Part shown: positions 1-9,131 of the stretch, piece by piece
Position numbering within the stretch: the stretch's first letter is position 1
How the letters are laid out: each line of letters begins with the position of its first letter
Source: an uncultured SAR86 cluster bacterium
GTDB lineage: Bacteria > Pseudomonadota > Gammaproteobacteria > Magnimaribacterales > D2472
Assembly (NCBI GenBank): GCA_902557575.1
Contig: CACEAR010000001.1
Location: 331,074 to 395,073 of the forward strand
DNA length: 64,000 bases
Direction: 5' to 3'
The notes under the pieces: generated by a model
The model's database searches: none
Seen by the model: the letters and a program-made list of their open reading frames with translations, nothing else
What the model was told of the DNA's origin: nothing
Made by a program: the position numbers and the translations under genes

Positions 1-437
1 CTTCAATTTATTTAATAATTCATTCTGTTCTTACTGATAGATCGCTCACACAAGATCCAATTTTTGATGAGATTAAAGATGATTCATCAATAAGCTTTTT
101 GAAAGAGTTAAGAGAAGTGATAGAAGTTGAATCTGATACTCTTGTTTCAAAGCTTATTGAGCGCATCAAATCAAAAACACTAAAAGAACTTTTTAGTCAG
201 GCAATGGTTTCCGAAATTAAGATTGAACAAGAAGATGCAAGAAAAATGTTTTTCGATTGTATGAACTCATTACTAAAAGACGAGGAAGATAGAGAGGAAT
301 CTTTAAAAACCAAGTATAATACCGGGTCGATTTCTGAAACCGAAAGAAGAGAGCTTCAACAACTTATTCTTAAGAAACCAGAAATTGATAATGAAGACAA
401 AATACTATTAAAAAATCTGTCTTTAAAAAAGGATTGA
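1..437 (+). CDS. dnaG: DNA primase, C-terminal part (5' end outside window)
   Basis: The frame of ORF 99..437 stays open back to position 3. Helical, charged C-terminus directly upstream of rpoD (conserved dnaG-rpoD order). Assignment rests mainly on synteny. Confidence 0.7.
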   Translation, partial: SIYLIIHSVLTDRSLTQDPIFDEIKDDSSISFLKELREVIEVESDTLVSKLIERIKSKTLKELFSQAMVSEIKIEQEDARKMFFDCMNSLLKDEEDREESLKTKYNTGSISETERRELQQLILKKPEIDNEDKILLKNLSLKKD

Positions 438-494
438 AAATAAGTAATTAGTCACTAGATATAGAGAAGTTTTTCAGAATTAAAAAGAGGATAA

Positions 495-2306
495 GTGGAT
501 AAATTTTCAAAACAAGAAGGCTCAAAAATAGCCGAACTTATAGAGAAGGGAAGAGAACAAGGTTTCCTTACTTATGATGATGTCAATGATCATCTCCCTG
601 ATGATATTTCGGATCCAGATCAAGTAGAAGAAATTATTGGAATGATTAATGATCTTGGTCTACAAGTTCATGAAAAAGCCCCCGATTTAGATACTCTCAT
701 GCTTCGAGAGTCAGAAAATACAGATGATATAGCTCTTGAGCAAGCTGCAGAAGCCCTAGCAGCTGTTGAAAATGAAACAGGAAGAACAACTGATCCAGTA
801 AGAATGTACATGAGAGAAATGGGTACTGTAGATTTACTTACTCGAGAAGGTGAAATAGAGATCGCTAAAAGAATTGAAGAGGGTATGAGAGATCTCCTTC
901 TTGCAAGTGCACAATATCCAAGAACTGTTGAATATGTCTTGTCCTACTTTCAGCTTGTCAAAGATGAAGAAAAGAAACTTAATGATCTTTTGACTGGATT
1001 CTTAGAAGAAATGGAAGAAGTTCCCTCAGCTGGACCCGGAAGTGAAAAAGCAAAACAGCTTGCAGATAAAAAAGATGATGATGAAAATGATGGCGAGTTA
1101 GATTTTAAAGAAGTCCAAAGAAGAATGACTTCTCTTAAAAGACAGTACAACAAAACAATGAAAGTGCTGGATAAAAATGGTCGAAGTCACAAGAAAACTC
1201 AAGAAGAGTTCGAAAAACTCGGAAATATTTTTAAGTTTTTGAAATTCAGCCCAAGAATGTTTGAAGAAATTTGCATTATTGCAAGACATGACCTTGAAAC
1301 AATAAGAAGTCATGAAAGAATTATTCAGACCTTATGCGTGAAGAGTGCAAGAGTTCCTAGGAAAGACTTCCTAGAAGCTTTTAAAGATAACTTTACAAAA
1401 ATGACAATCATGCCGTCATTTATTAAAAACAAGAAATATAAAAAAGACTTGCTCGAAAAAGTTAAACAAGATGTGATGATTTCTCAAAAAGAGATCAAAG
1501 CTCTCGAAGAAAAGGTTGGACTTACTTCAAAAGAAGTCAAAGAAATCAATAGGAGCATGTCTATGGGTGAAACCAAGATGAGACGTGCAAAAAAAGATAT
1601 GGTTGAGGCTAACCTAAGACTTGTTATATCTATTGCTAAAAAATACACAAATAGAGGTTTACAGTTCTTAGATCTTATCCAAGAAGGAAATATTGGTCTG
1701 ATGAAAGCTGTTGATAAATTTGAATACAGAAGAGGTTATAAGTTTAGTACTTATGCAACATGGTGGATTAGACAGGCGATAACAAGATCTATTGCTGACC
1801 AAGCAAGAACTATAAGAATACCTGTTCACATGATAGAAACTATTAACAAACTGAATAGAGTTTCAAGACAGATGATGCAAGATATGGGAAGAGAGCCAAC
1901 ACCAGAAGAGCTCAGTAAAGAGCTTGATATGCCTGAGGATAAGGTAAGAAAAGTACTCAAGATTGCAAAAGAACCTATTTCAATGGAAACACCAATTGGA
2001 GATGATGAGGATTCAAACCTAGGAGACTTTATTGAAGATACTGTTATTGAGTCTCCGCTTGAGAATGCAACTGATGAAAGTCTGCATTTTGCTACGGATG
2101 ATGTTCTATCATCTTTAACTGCAAGAGAGGCAAAGGTTCTAAGAATGAGATTTGGTATTGGCATGAATACTGATCACACTCTTGAGGAAGTTGGTAAGCA
2201 GTTTGATGTTACTAGGGAAAGAATTAGGCAGATTGAGGCAAAAGCATTAAGAAAGCTTAGGCACCCAGCGAGATCCAGTCATTTAAGAAGCTTTTTAGAC
2301 GACTAA
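495..2306 (+). CDS. rpoD: RNA polymerase primary sigma factor RpoD (sigma70)
   Basis: Region 1.1, [13 protein letters not shown], region 2 [39 protein letters not shown], region 4 [22 protein letters not shown] start after AGAGGA. Confidence 0.99.
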   Translation: MDKFSKQEGSKIAELIEKGREQGFLTYDDVNDHLPDDISDPDQVEEIIGMINDLGLQVHEKAPDLDTLMLRESENTDDIALEQAAEALAAVENETGRTTDPVRMYMREMGTVDLLTREGEIEIAKRIEEGMRDLLLASAQYPRTVEYVLSYFQLVKDEEKKLNDLLTGFLEEMEEVPSAGPGSEKAKQLADKKDDDENDGELDFKEVQRRMTSLKRQYNKTMKVLDKNGRSHKKTQEEFEKLGNIFKFLKFSPRMFEEICIIARHDLETIRSHERIIQTLCVKSARVPRKDFLEAFKDNFTKMTIMPSFIKNKKYKKDLLEKVKQDVMISQKEIKALEEKVGLTSKEVKEINRSMSMGETKMRRAKKDMVEANLRLVISIAKKYTNRGLQFLDLIQEGNIGLMKAVDKFEYRRGYKFSTYATWWIRQAITRSIADQARTIRIPVHMIETINKLNRVSRQMMQDMGREPTPEELSKELDMPEDKVRKVLKIAKEPISMETPIGDDEDSNLGDFIEDTVIESPLENATDESLHFATDDVLSSLTAREAKVLRMRFGIGMNTDHTLEEVGKQFDVTRERIRQIEAKALRKLRHPARSSHLRSFLDD

Positions 2307-2374
2307 AAAAGTTTTTTGAACTACCTTTATTATTTTTAGTCTAAACTGTATCTATTATTTTTATGGAGAGGTAT

Positions 2375-2740
2375 ATGTTTAAGAAAATATCACTATTAGT
2401 TTTTTTATCAATTCCACTGATGATTCTTGCAGATGATCATGGTAAGAAAGAAGGCAAGTCCCCTAAAGAGATGAAAAAAATGGAAATGATGAAGAAAAAA
2501 GAAACACAAATGAAGAAAGAGATGGAAAGATGGGGAAGGTGGAAACCTGAAGACTGTAAAAAAGTCAGCGAGGCCTCAGGTTTTTTTCTTTATGCAGCTG
2601 GTGAAGCTATGAAAGAAGGTGAAGGTCATGAAAGCATGGGTCATCAAGAAATGGCTGATAAGCTGTATTTAGATGCTCTCGCTTTAGCTGAGTTAGCAGC
2701 TAACTATGCTGTTAACTATGATGCATATTGCAAAAAATAA
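2375..2740 (+). CDS. Secreted hypothetical protein, Met/Lys/His-rich, two Cys
   Basis: ORF 2363..2740. The second ATG (2375) follows GGAGAGG and gives the signal peptide MFKKISLLVFLSIPLMILA. Confidence 0.8.
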   Translation: MFKKISLLVFLSIPLMILADDHGKKEGKSPKEMKKMEMMKKKETQMKKEMERWGRWKPEDCKKVSEASGFFLYAAGEAMKEGEGHESMGHQEMADKLYLDALALAELAANYAVNYDAYCKK

Positions 2741-2794
2741 TTAATTAAGGAATTTAACTTATTTTACCTTTATAATTATCAGCCTAATTCTATA

Positions 2795-2871
2795 GGGCCT
2801 GTAGCTCAGTTGGTTAGAGCAGTGGACTCATAATCCATTGGTCGGAGGTTCGAGTCCTCCCGGGCCCACCA
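2795..2871 (+). tRNA. ileX: tRNA-Ile2 (CAT anticodon, lysidine-modified)
   Basis: GGGCCTG/CGGGCCC acceptor stem, anticodon loop CTCATAA, T-loop GGTTCGAGTCC, encoded CCA. C4-G69/C5-G68 pairs and location downstream of rpoD favour Ile2 over Met. Confidence 0.9.
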
Positions 2872-2889
2872 ATTCATCAACTATTTTTT

Positions 2890-4914
2890 TTAATTCTTAT
2901 ATTTTTCAAACCAAGCGAGTATATGATCAACCTTAGTAATAAGATTTGATGGCCTACTCGCAATGCCATGCGATGTATTGGGAATTCGGATCATTGCGCT
3001 ATCAATTCCTCTCAACCTCAACGCTTGATAGAACTGTTCTGTTTCTGAAATTGGAGTTCTTCTATCATCTTCTCCAGTAATTAACATTGTTGGAGTAGTT
3101 ACATTACCAACTAGAGATAGTGGAGAACGCTCCCAATAATGTTCAAGATGCTCCCAAGGAGGTCCAGGGAATTGATGATATATCTGTCCGACCATTGAAT
3201 CCGCTGTTAAAGGCTTGCTTAACCAATTAATTACAGGCTTTGCTGATACGGCTGCATTAAATCTGTCTGTTAGACCTATTGCATAAGCAGTAGCTATACC
3301 CCCAGCACTTCCACCAGCAATAAAAAGATTATTTTCATCAACAATACCTTTATCAATAAGGGCATCTATACCTGACATATGATCTGCAAAATCTTCTGAA
3401 CTTGAATATTTGTATTGAAGTAATAATGCAAAATCTTCACCATAAGATGAACTACCTCTGTAGTTATCATAAAAAACAATATATCCGGAGGCTGCCATCA
3501 TTTGAAGCTCTGCTGAGAAGTGAGGTCCATAAGCTAGGTGTGGACCACCATGGATTTCAAGTATTAGAGGATATTTTTTAGTTGGATCAAAGTTTGGAGG
3601 TGTAATATACCAACCATGTATTTCTTCATTATCAAATGAAGAGTTATATATGATTTCATTAACCTTTCCTAGCTTCCTATAACCAAGAATATCTTCATTT
3701 AATTTGGTTAATACTTTTGTTTTACCTTTTATAGCAACACCAACATCAGCAGGCCTATGAGGTTTTCCATAGGTATAAGCAGCAGTCCCATTAGCTATAT
3801 GAAATCCACCTGAAATATATGGCCTTCCAATTGTTGTACCGCCAACATTTGATGCAATTTCATTTAAGTCTCCATTTAGGGAAATCTGTTTAATAGTTCT
3901 TTCTCCTCTATTATCAAAGGCAAAATAGATAGATTTACTATCTTCAGACCAAAATAAATTATCTGCATCATCATCTACATCTTTTGAAATTAGTTTTATC
4001 TCCCTGCTTTGAAGATTCATTACAGCTATTCTGCTTGGAGTGTATGCCAATGGACGCCTTTCCTTTACGTAAAAAGCAATCATTTTTCCATTAGGTGATA
4101 TGGCTGGAGATCTTTCCTCACCTGATTGTTTTGTAATTTGTTTCAATTCATTGTTAGAAATAGAGACAGAGTAAATATCAGCTTCGTTACTAACAAGCTC
4201 CCAATCATCTGATCTGTGTGCAGAGAAGAAAATATCCTTACTATCCTTTGACCATGAAAGCGAACCATAATGATTAAAATCTCCAGTTGTTATTTGGCGA
4301 GCTGAACCTCCTTCAGCAGGAACTAAAAATATATGTCGATATGAGGGTTCAACAATTCCTCTACCATCATATTGGTATCTTGTAGTGGTAACTGTTATAG
4401 GTTTTTTTGCCCAAGAGGCACCATCAGGCTTATCTCTCTCATCAACGAAGGATTCGCTTTCAGCTTTTACTCTCATGGTAAATGCCAACCATTTTCCATC
4501 TGGAGACCATGATAAACTTGATGGCGATTCTTGCAGTTGAGAAATCACCGCAGTTTCACCTGTATCTACCCAATGCATGTGAATCTGAGTTGACCCAGAG
4601 CTATTTGAAACAAAAGCAATCCTTTTATTATCTGGTGACCATCGTGGAGAGTATGAATTCTTCAGTCCTGAGTGCAAAGGTCTATGATCTCTTCCATCTT
4701 TTGCTATTCTCCAAAGATTAGATCGCACCCTATCTTTCATAATGTCATTGGATTTTCTTACATAAACTATTGTTTCTCCATCAGATGAAACTTGAGGGTC
4801 GGAAGCCCATTCAAGCTCGAAAACATCCATTGCATCGAAGTAATTAATATTTTCTTTTGACTCTACCCAAGAAGAGGCTAGGAGCATGGCTACAAATATA
4901 AAAGTTTTATTCAT
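2890..4914 (-). CDS. Secreted S9 family (prolyl oligopeptidase/acylaminoacyl) peptidase
   Basis: WSPDG-type beta-propeller repeats, IHGGPH, nucleophile GGSAGG, D in GEDDRRTP, H in SHGI. Start moved to MNKTFIF (signal peptide) to avoid overlap with the divergent gene. Confidence 0.93.
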   Translation of the reverse strand: MNKTFIFVAMLLASSWVESKENINYFDAMDVFELEWASDPQVSSDGETIVYVRKSNDIMKDRVRSNLWRIAKDGRDHRPLHSGLKNSYSPRWSPDNKRIAFVSNSSGSTQIHMHWVDTGETAVISQLQESPSSLSWSPDGKWLAFTMRVKAESESFVDERDKPDGASWAKKPITVTTTRYQYDGRGIVEPSYRHIFLVPAEGGSARQITTGDFNHYGSLSWSKDSKDIFFSAHRSDDWELVSNEADIYSVSISNNELKQITKQSGEERSPAISPNGKMIAFYVKERRPLAYTPSRIAVMNLQSREIKLISKDVDDDADNLFWSEDSKSIYFAFDNRGERTIKQISLNGDLNEIASNVGGTTIGRPYISGGFHIANGTAAYTYGKPHRPADVGVAIKGKTKVLTKLNEDILGYRKLGKVNEIIYNSSFDNEEIHGWYITPPNFDPTKKYPLILEIHGGPHLAYGPHFSAELQMMAASGYIVFYDNYRGSSSYGEDFALLLQYKYSSSEDFADHMSGIDALIDKGIVDENNLFIAGGSAGGIATAYAIGLTDRFNAAVSAKPVINWLSKPLTADSMVGQIYHQFPGPPWEHLEHYWERSPLSLVGNVTTPTMLITGEDDRRTPISETEQFYQALRLRGIDSAMIRIPNTSHGIASRPSNLITKVDHILAWFEKYKN

Positions 4915-4966
4915 AGTTTTTATCATACCAAGAACTTTAAAGTTTTCACCATGATAAAATTCTCTA

Positions 4967-6161
4967 ATGCAAAAAGATATTGACATAGTTATATATGGAG
5001 CCTCTGGCTTTACTGGTCAACTTTGTGTTAAGTATTTCCAATCATTAAGTCTAGAAATTAATTGGGCAATAGCAGGAAGAAATCTTGAGAAACTTCAGGA
5101 TGCTGCCAACAAACTCGCTGCAAATGTAGAAATTTTAATTGCTGATTCTAATGATGAAGAGGGATTGAGAAATATTTGCTCAAGATCGAAAGTTGTTCTG
5201 TCTACTGCTGGACCATTCCACAGATATGGATCAAAACTTGTTGCAGCATGTGTTGAAAATGGGACGCATTATGTTGATATCACAGGCGAAAATTTTTGGG
5301 TTAAAGGATTGATTGAAAAACATCATGAGAAAGCCGCACGAAAGGGGATAAGAATAATTCCATCTTGTGGATTTGATTCAATACCTTCGGATATTGGAAC
5401 TTTCTTTGCCGTAAGATCTTCAAACAAGCCTGTAAAAAGAGTTGAATCATTTCACTCATGGAAAGGTGAAGCCTCTGGTGGGACTATAGAGACAATGTTT
5501 TCAATGGGAGATCTAGATCTTGGAAAAGAAATTCGGGATCCTTTTCTTCTTAATCCAGATGGGTCATATACAAATGAGCAAAAGAAATTAAGTTCTGATG
5601 TATTTAAGATTTCTAAACAGAAAGATTTAAATGCATGGTCAGGCCCATTTGTGATGGCAGGCGCTAATACTAGAGTAGTAAGGAGAAGTGAAGCTCTATT
5701 GACCGAACGTCAGAAGTCTTATGGAAATAATTTCACATATCAGGAATATGCCTTTCATAAAAGCTGGAGTAAAGCTCTTTTTTCAACCCTGGGACTAGGG
5801 CTGCTAGGCTTAACTCTTGTATCACCTTTAAGAAAAATTGTTAGATCATTCTTGAGAAAACCAGGAGAGGGGCCCTCTTTAGAAATTCAAGAAAATGGTT
5901 GGTTTGATTGTAAATACTTGGTTGAAAATGAGGATGGTCAAAAGTCTCTTTATAGAATGTTTGGTAAAGGCGATCCCGGTTATAAAGTTACATCTAAGTT
6001 TGCTGCTGAATGCGCATTATCACTTCTTGAAGATCCTGAAACGCTTCCGGGGGGGAAGCGAATACGGGGGTGTCCTTACTAGTGCTTCTGGGCTTGGGGA
6101 AGTATTAATAAAAAGATTATCAAACGCAGGAATCATATTTAAATCTCTTAACTTAAGCTAG
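4967..6161 (+). CDS. Saccharopine dehydrogenase-like / trans-acting enoyl reductase family oxidoreductase, frameshifted at G7 tract 6049-6055
   Basis: Rossmann motif IYGASGFTG, AGPF..YG, YVDITGE, CGFDSIPSD, GDPGY. The family-typical C-terminus GGVLTSASGLGEVLIKRL lies in the +1 frame (ORF 5895..6161). Confidence 0.85.
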
Positions 6162-6220
6162 ATACTCTTTAACAGAATTGTTGCAGTTCCTTAAATTAAA
6201 GTTTTCACAAGTATCATTTA

Positions 6221-6340
6221 ATGAGCAAAAATTCGGAGGCAAAAGTGACATTTCCAACTTTGATTCATGGCATATTAGGTTTTTGCTATTTCTATATAGT
6301 TTTTAAGGCAGTAGGCACATTGGGATTTCTAGTCTTTTAG
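6221..6340 (+). CDS. Putative 39-aa small membrane protein (not in ORF track)
   Basis: ATG..TAG frame translates to MSKNSEAKVTFPTLIHGILGFCYFYIVFKAVGTLGFLVF. It fills an otherwise unusually long intergenic gap. Confidence 0.5.
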   Translation: MSKNSEAKVTFPTLIHGILGFCYFYIVFKAVGTLGFLVF

Positions 6341-6378
6341 AATTTCCAAATAGATAATAATTTAGGTATTATTTTGCT

Positions 6379-6861
6379 ATGAAAGTAGCAATCTACCCTG
6401 GTTCATTTGATCCAATTACAGTTGGACATATGGACATTGTTGAAAGAGCAACTGTGCTTTTTGATAAGGTAATTATTAGCGTTGCTGAGACAGATATGAA
6501 GAATCCACTCTTTTCTTCAGAAGAAAGATTAGACTTAGTGAGTTCAATCTATGCCGATAATGAAAAGATTGAGGTTGTTGCATTTAAAAAGAAACTTACA
6601 GTTGATCTTGCAAGAGAAAATAATGCATGCGCCATAATCAGAGGTTTGAGAGCAGTCTCTGACTTTGAGCATGAATTTCAACTAGCGACAATGAATAGGG
6701 CGCTTGCTCCAGACATAGAAAGTATTTTCTTAACACCTAAAGATACACTCATTTATGTATCATCAAGTCTAGTCAAAGAAATTGCTAGCTTAGGAGGAGA
6801 TATTTCAAATTTTGTTCATGAAAATGTAGAAATGGCTCTTAAAGCGAAACTAAATCATTAG
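6379..6861 (+). CDS. coaD: Pantetheine-phosphate adenylyltransferase
   Basis: YPGSFDPITVGH, IIRGLRAVSDFE, SSSLVKEIA. Confidence 0.98.
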   Translation: MKVAIYPGSFDPITVGHMDIVERATVLFDKVIISVAETDMKNPLFSSEERLDLVSSIYADNEKIEVVAFKKKLTVDLARENNACAIIRGLRAVSDFEHEFQLATMNRALAPDIESIFLTPKDTLIYVSSSLVKEIASLGGDISNFVHENVEMALKAKLNH

Positions 6862-7667
6862 TTCTGGCAGTTCTTACAATAAAAAGTTGATCTCTGATTC
6901 TGAACAAACCTAATAATCTTTTCTTTGCATGCTCTACATTCTTCATTCTCTCGATCATAAACGTTTAACTCAATCTTGAAATAACCTTTATTACCATCTG
7001 CGGAGTAAAAGTCTTTTAAAGTAGTTCCACCTTTAGTTATTGCTTCTTTGATAATCTTCTTTGTATTTTTGACCACTTCTTCGCACTGACTTTTATTTAA
7101 GTATTTAATTTTTCTCTTAGGAGAAATACCTGAGCTAAATAAAATCTCGCAAGCGTAGATATTTCCTATACCTACCACGTTCTTTTGATTCATTAAAAAA
7201 CTCTTTGTGGATACTCCAGCTTTCTTTATTTTTTTATAGAGATATTCTGAATTGAAATCATCTTCAAGTGGTTCCGGACCCAGATCCTTTATTAAGAAAT
7301 GATTTTGCAGATCATTTGATACGTGGAGAGATCCAAATCTTCTAGGGTCATTAAAAATAAGGATTTCTTTACTGAACTCAAGCACAACATGATCATGCTT
7401 TCTTGTCTCATTGCTTCCAAGCTTCTGTATTCGAAAAGTTCCTGTCATACCTAGATGAATTATTATTGTCACTTCATCCAGATGTAAAAAAATATATTTT
7501 GCTCTCCTGGTAATTGATAATATTTTTTTTTCTTTTATTTTATTAATTGCTTTTTCATCTATTGGCCAACGCAAAGATGGATTATTAACAATTATTCGTT
7601 TAAGAGTCTTGCCCTTGAAAGGGAGGATGGCATTCTTAGTGGTTTCTACTTCAGGGAGTTCTGGCAT
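6858..7667 (-). CDS. mutM: Formamidopyrimidine-DNA glycosylase
   Basis: N-terminal PELPEVE, HLGMTG, GIGNIYACE, C-terminal Cys4 zinc finger. Confidence 0.98.
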   Translation of the reverse strand: MPELPEVETTKNAILPFKGKTLKRIIVNNPSLRWPIDEKAINKIKEKKILSITRRAKYIFLHLDEVTIIIHLGMTGTFRIQKLGSNETRKHDHVVLEFSKEILIFNDPRRFGSLHVSNDLQNHFLIKDLGPEPLEDDFNSEYLYKKIKKAGVSTKSFLMNQKNVVGIGNIYACEILFSSGISPKRKIKYLNKSQCEEVVKNTKKIIKEAITKGGTTLKDFYSADGNKGYFKIELNVYDRENEECRACKEKIIRFVQNQRSTFYCKNCQN

Positions 7668-8983
7668 TAATTGAGATAGCCGTTGATCTCATTAATACTT
7701 TGAGGGCTTAAGGTCCCTGCCGCTAATTCAAGATTTAATTGAGAGAGCAAATAGTCATATTTTGCATTTGCTAGATTCTTTTCAGCGGTATAAAGATTCT
7801 TTTCAGCTTGGAGAAGATCAACAATGTTTCTTGTTCCAACCTCATATCCAACTCTTGTTGCTTCAAGTGCACTGTTAGCTGAAACAACAGCTTGTTTTTG
7901 AGCCTTTAAATTGGCACCAAGAGTAATTACATTTGAGAACCCAGACCTAACTTCTTGAATCACTGTTCTTTGCGCAAAAAGTGTTTCTTCAACAGCTCTA
8001 TTGTATTCGGCATAGGCCTGCCTTCTTCTTGAACTGACAGCACCACCTTGAGAGATCGGTATTGAAAGGCTGAGACTATAGTTCTTTCTTTGTGTCTCAC
8101 TGGGAGCTTGAAAACCTAAATCTTCAAAACCTTCATATGTATATTGATTGGTATTTGATTCCGATTCTGTTCCAACAATATTAATTTTTGGTAAGTGCTC
8201 AGAGGCTGAGCTTCTAGCTGAATCTTGTGAAGCATCTCTTCGAAGTACTGATGCTTGAAGTCTATAGTTATTTTTAAGAGCAATATCAACCCACTCTTGT
8301 TTAGTTGCAGGGTTAGGATTTTCTGGAACAATATCTGCCTTTAGAGAATCTATCGAGAATATTTCTCTACCTATTAAAGAATTAAGTTCTTCCCTTGCAT
8401 TAAAAAGCGCGCCTTCAGAACGAATCTTTGCCGCCACACTTAAATCATATGCTAATTGCGCCTCTTGTACTTCAGTAATAGCAGAAAGCCCAACTTCAAA
8501 CCTTTGTTGGATCTGGTCAAGCTGCTTTTTAATTGCTTTTTCTTCTGAAACAGCAGCATTAAGATTATCAATGGCTCTCAAAACTCCAAAATATTTTTCC
8601 ACTGTTCTAATAATTAAATTTTGTTGCGCATAAGCGAAGTCAGCTTCGGAAGCATCCGTAAGTTTCTTTGATCTTCTAAAGTTAAACCAAGAATCAAGCC
8701 TAAAAAGAGGTTGTGTTAATCTAGCGGTCACTGAGCTGTTGTTATAAGCACTTTGCAACTCATCAAATTGATAATATTCATTCCAGTTTGTTGATCCACT
8801 CAAAGTAACATTTGGAAGAAGTCCTGCTCTCCCTTGAACAACAAATTCTTTACCAGCTAAAAGAGAATATTCTGAAGACTTATATTGAGGATCATTATCA
8901 AGAGCTTCGTTATAAATATCTAAGAGGTTTTCAGATGCTAAAGGCAAAGAAATGAATGATATTAAGACCAGATTTTTAAACAT
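7667..8983 (-). CDS. tolC: TolC family outer membrane channel
   Basis: Signal peptide, RFEVGLSAITEV, GYEVGTRNIVDLL, AKYDYL. Divergent from parE as in other gammaproteobacteria. Confidence 0.93.
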   Translation of the reverse strand: MFKNLVLISFISLPLASENLLDIYNEALDNDPQYKSSEYSLLAGKEFVVQGRAGLLPNVTLSGSTNWNEYYQFDELQSAYNNSSVTARLTQPLFRLDSWFNFRRSKKLTDASEADFAYAQQNLIIRTVEKYFGVLRAIDNLNAAVSEEKAIKKQLDQIQQRFEVGLSAITEVQEAQLAYDLSVAAKIRSEGALFNAREELNSLIGREIFSIDSLKADIVPENPNPATKQEWVDIALKNNYRLQASVLRRDASQDSARSSASEHLPKINIVGTESESNTNQYTYEGFEDLGFQAPSETQRKNYSLSLSIPISQGGAVSSRRRQAYAEYNRAVEETLFAQRTVIQEVRSGFSNVITLGANLKAQKQAVVSANSALEATRVGYEVGTRNIVDLLQAEKNLYTAEKNLANAKYDYLLSQLNLELAAGTLSPQSINEINGYLN

Positions 8984-9017
8984 AACTATAATAATTGGGT
9001 TGCATTAAACAACCTTT

Positions 9018-9046
9018 ATGCTATCTGTGTCAATATAAAGTGTCAA
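9018..9046 (-). promoter_or_regulatory. Putative sigma70 promoter of tolC-mutM
   Basis: Minus strand TTGACA (9046-9041), 17-nt spacer, TAGCAT (9023-9018). Confidence 0.55.
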
Positions 9047-9131
9047 GTAAACTTTACATTAAGGAATTATTTTCTTTATATTGCTTAAGCTTAGAGTAAA
9101 ATAGTTGCAACGCTTATAAAGGTATCTAACA

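Noticed and set aside
2795-2871. tRNA-Met assignment for the CAT anticodon
   Set aside because: It lacks initiator features (no C1:A72 mismatch, no GGG/CCC anticodon stem). Acceptor-stem pairs and position after rpoD fit tRNA-Ile2.
4915-4986. Extended N-terminus of the S9 peptidase as given in the ORF track
   Set aside because: It would overlap the divergent gene start; the signal peptide begins at MNKTF (4914).
5895-6161. ORF 5895..6161 as an independent gene
   Set aside because: Its last part is the displaced C-terminus of the upstream oxidoreductase (G7 frameshift); the rest is off-frame.
2795-6378. Possible genomic island integrated at tRNA-Ile2 (peptidase, oxidoreductase, small ORF)
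   Set aside because: No integrase, no duplicated tRNA 3' end and no visible compositional shift.
8984-9131. TPP or other riboswitch between tolC and parE
   Set aside because: No conserved aptamer motif such as CTGAGA; the region is AT-rich and promoter-like.
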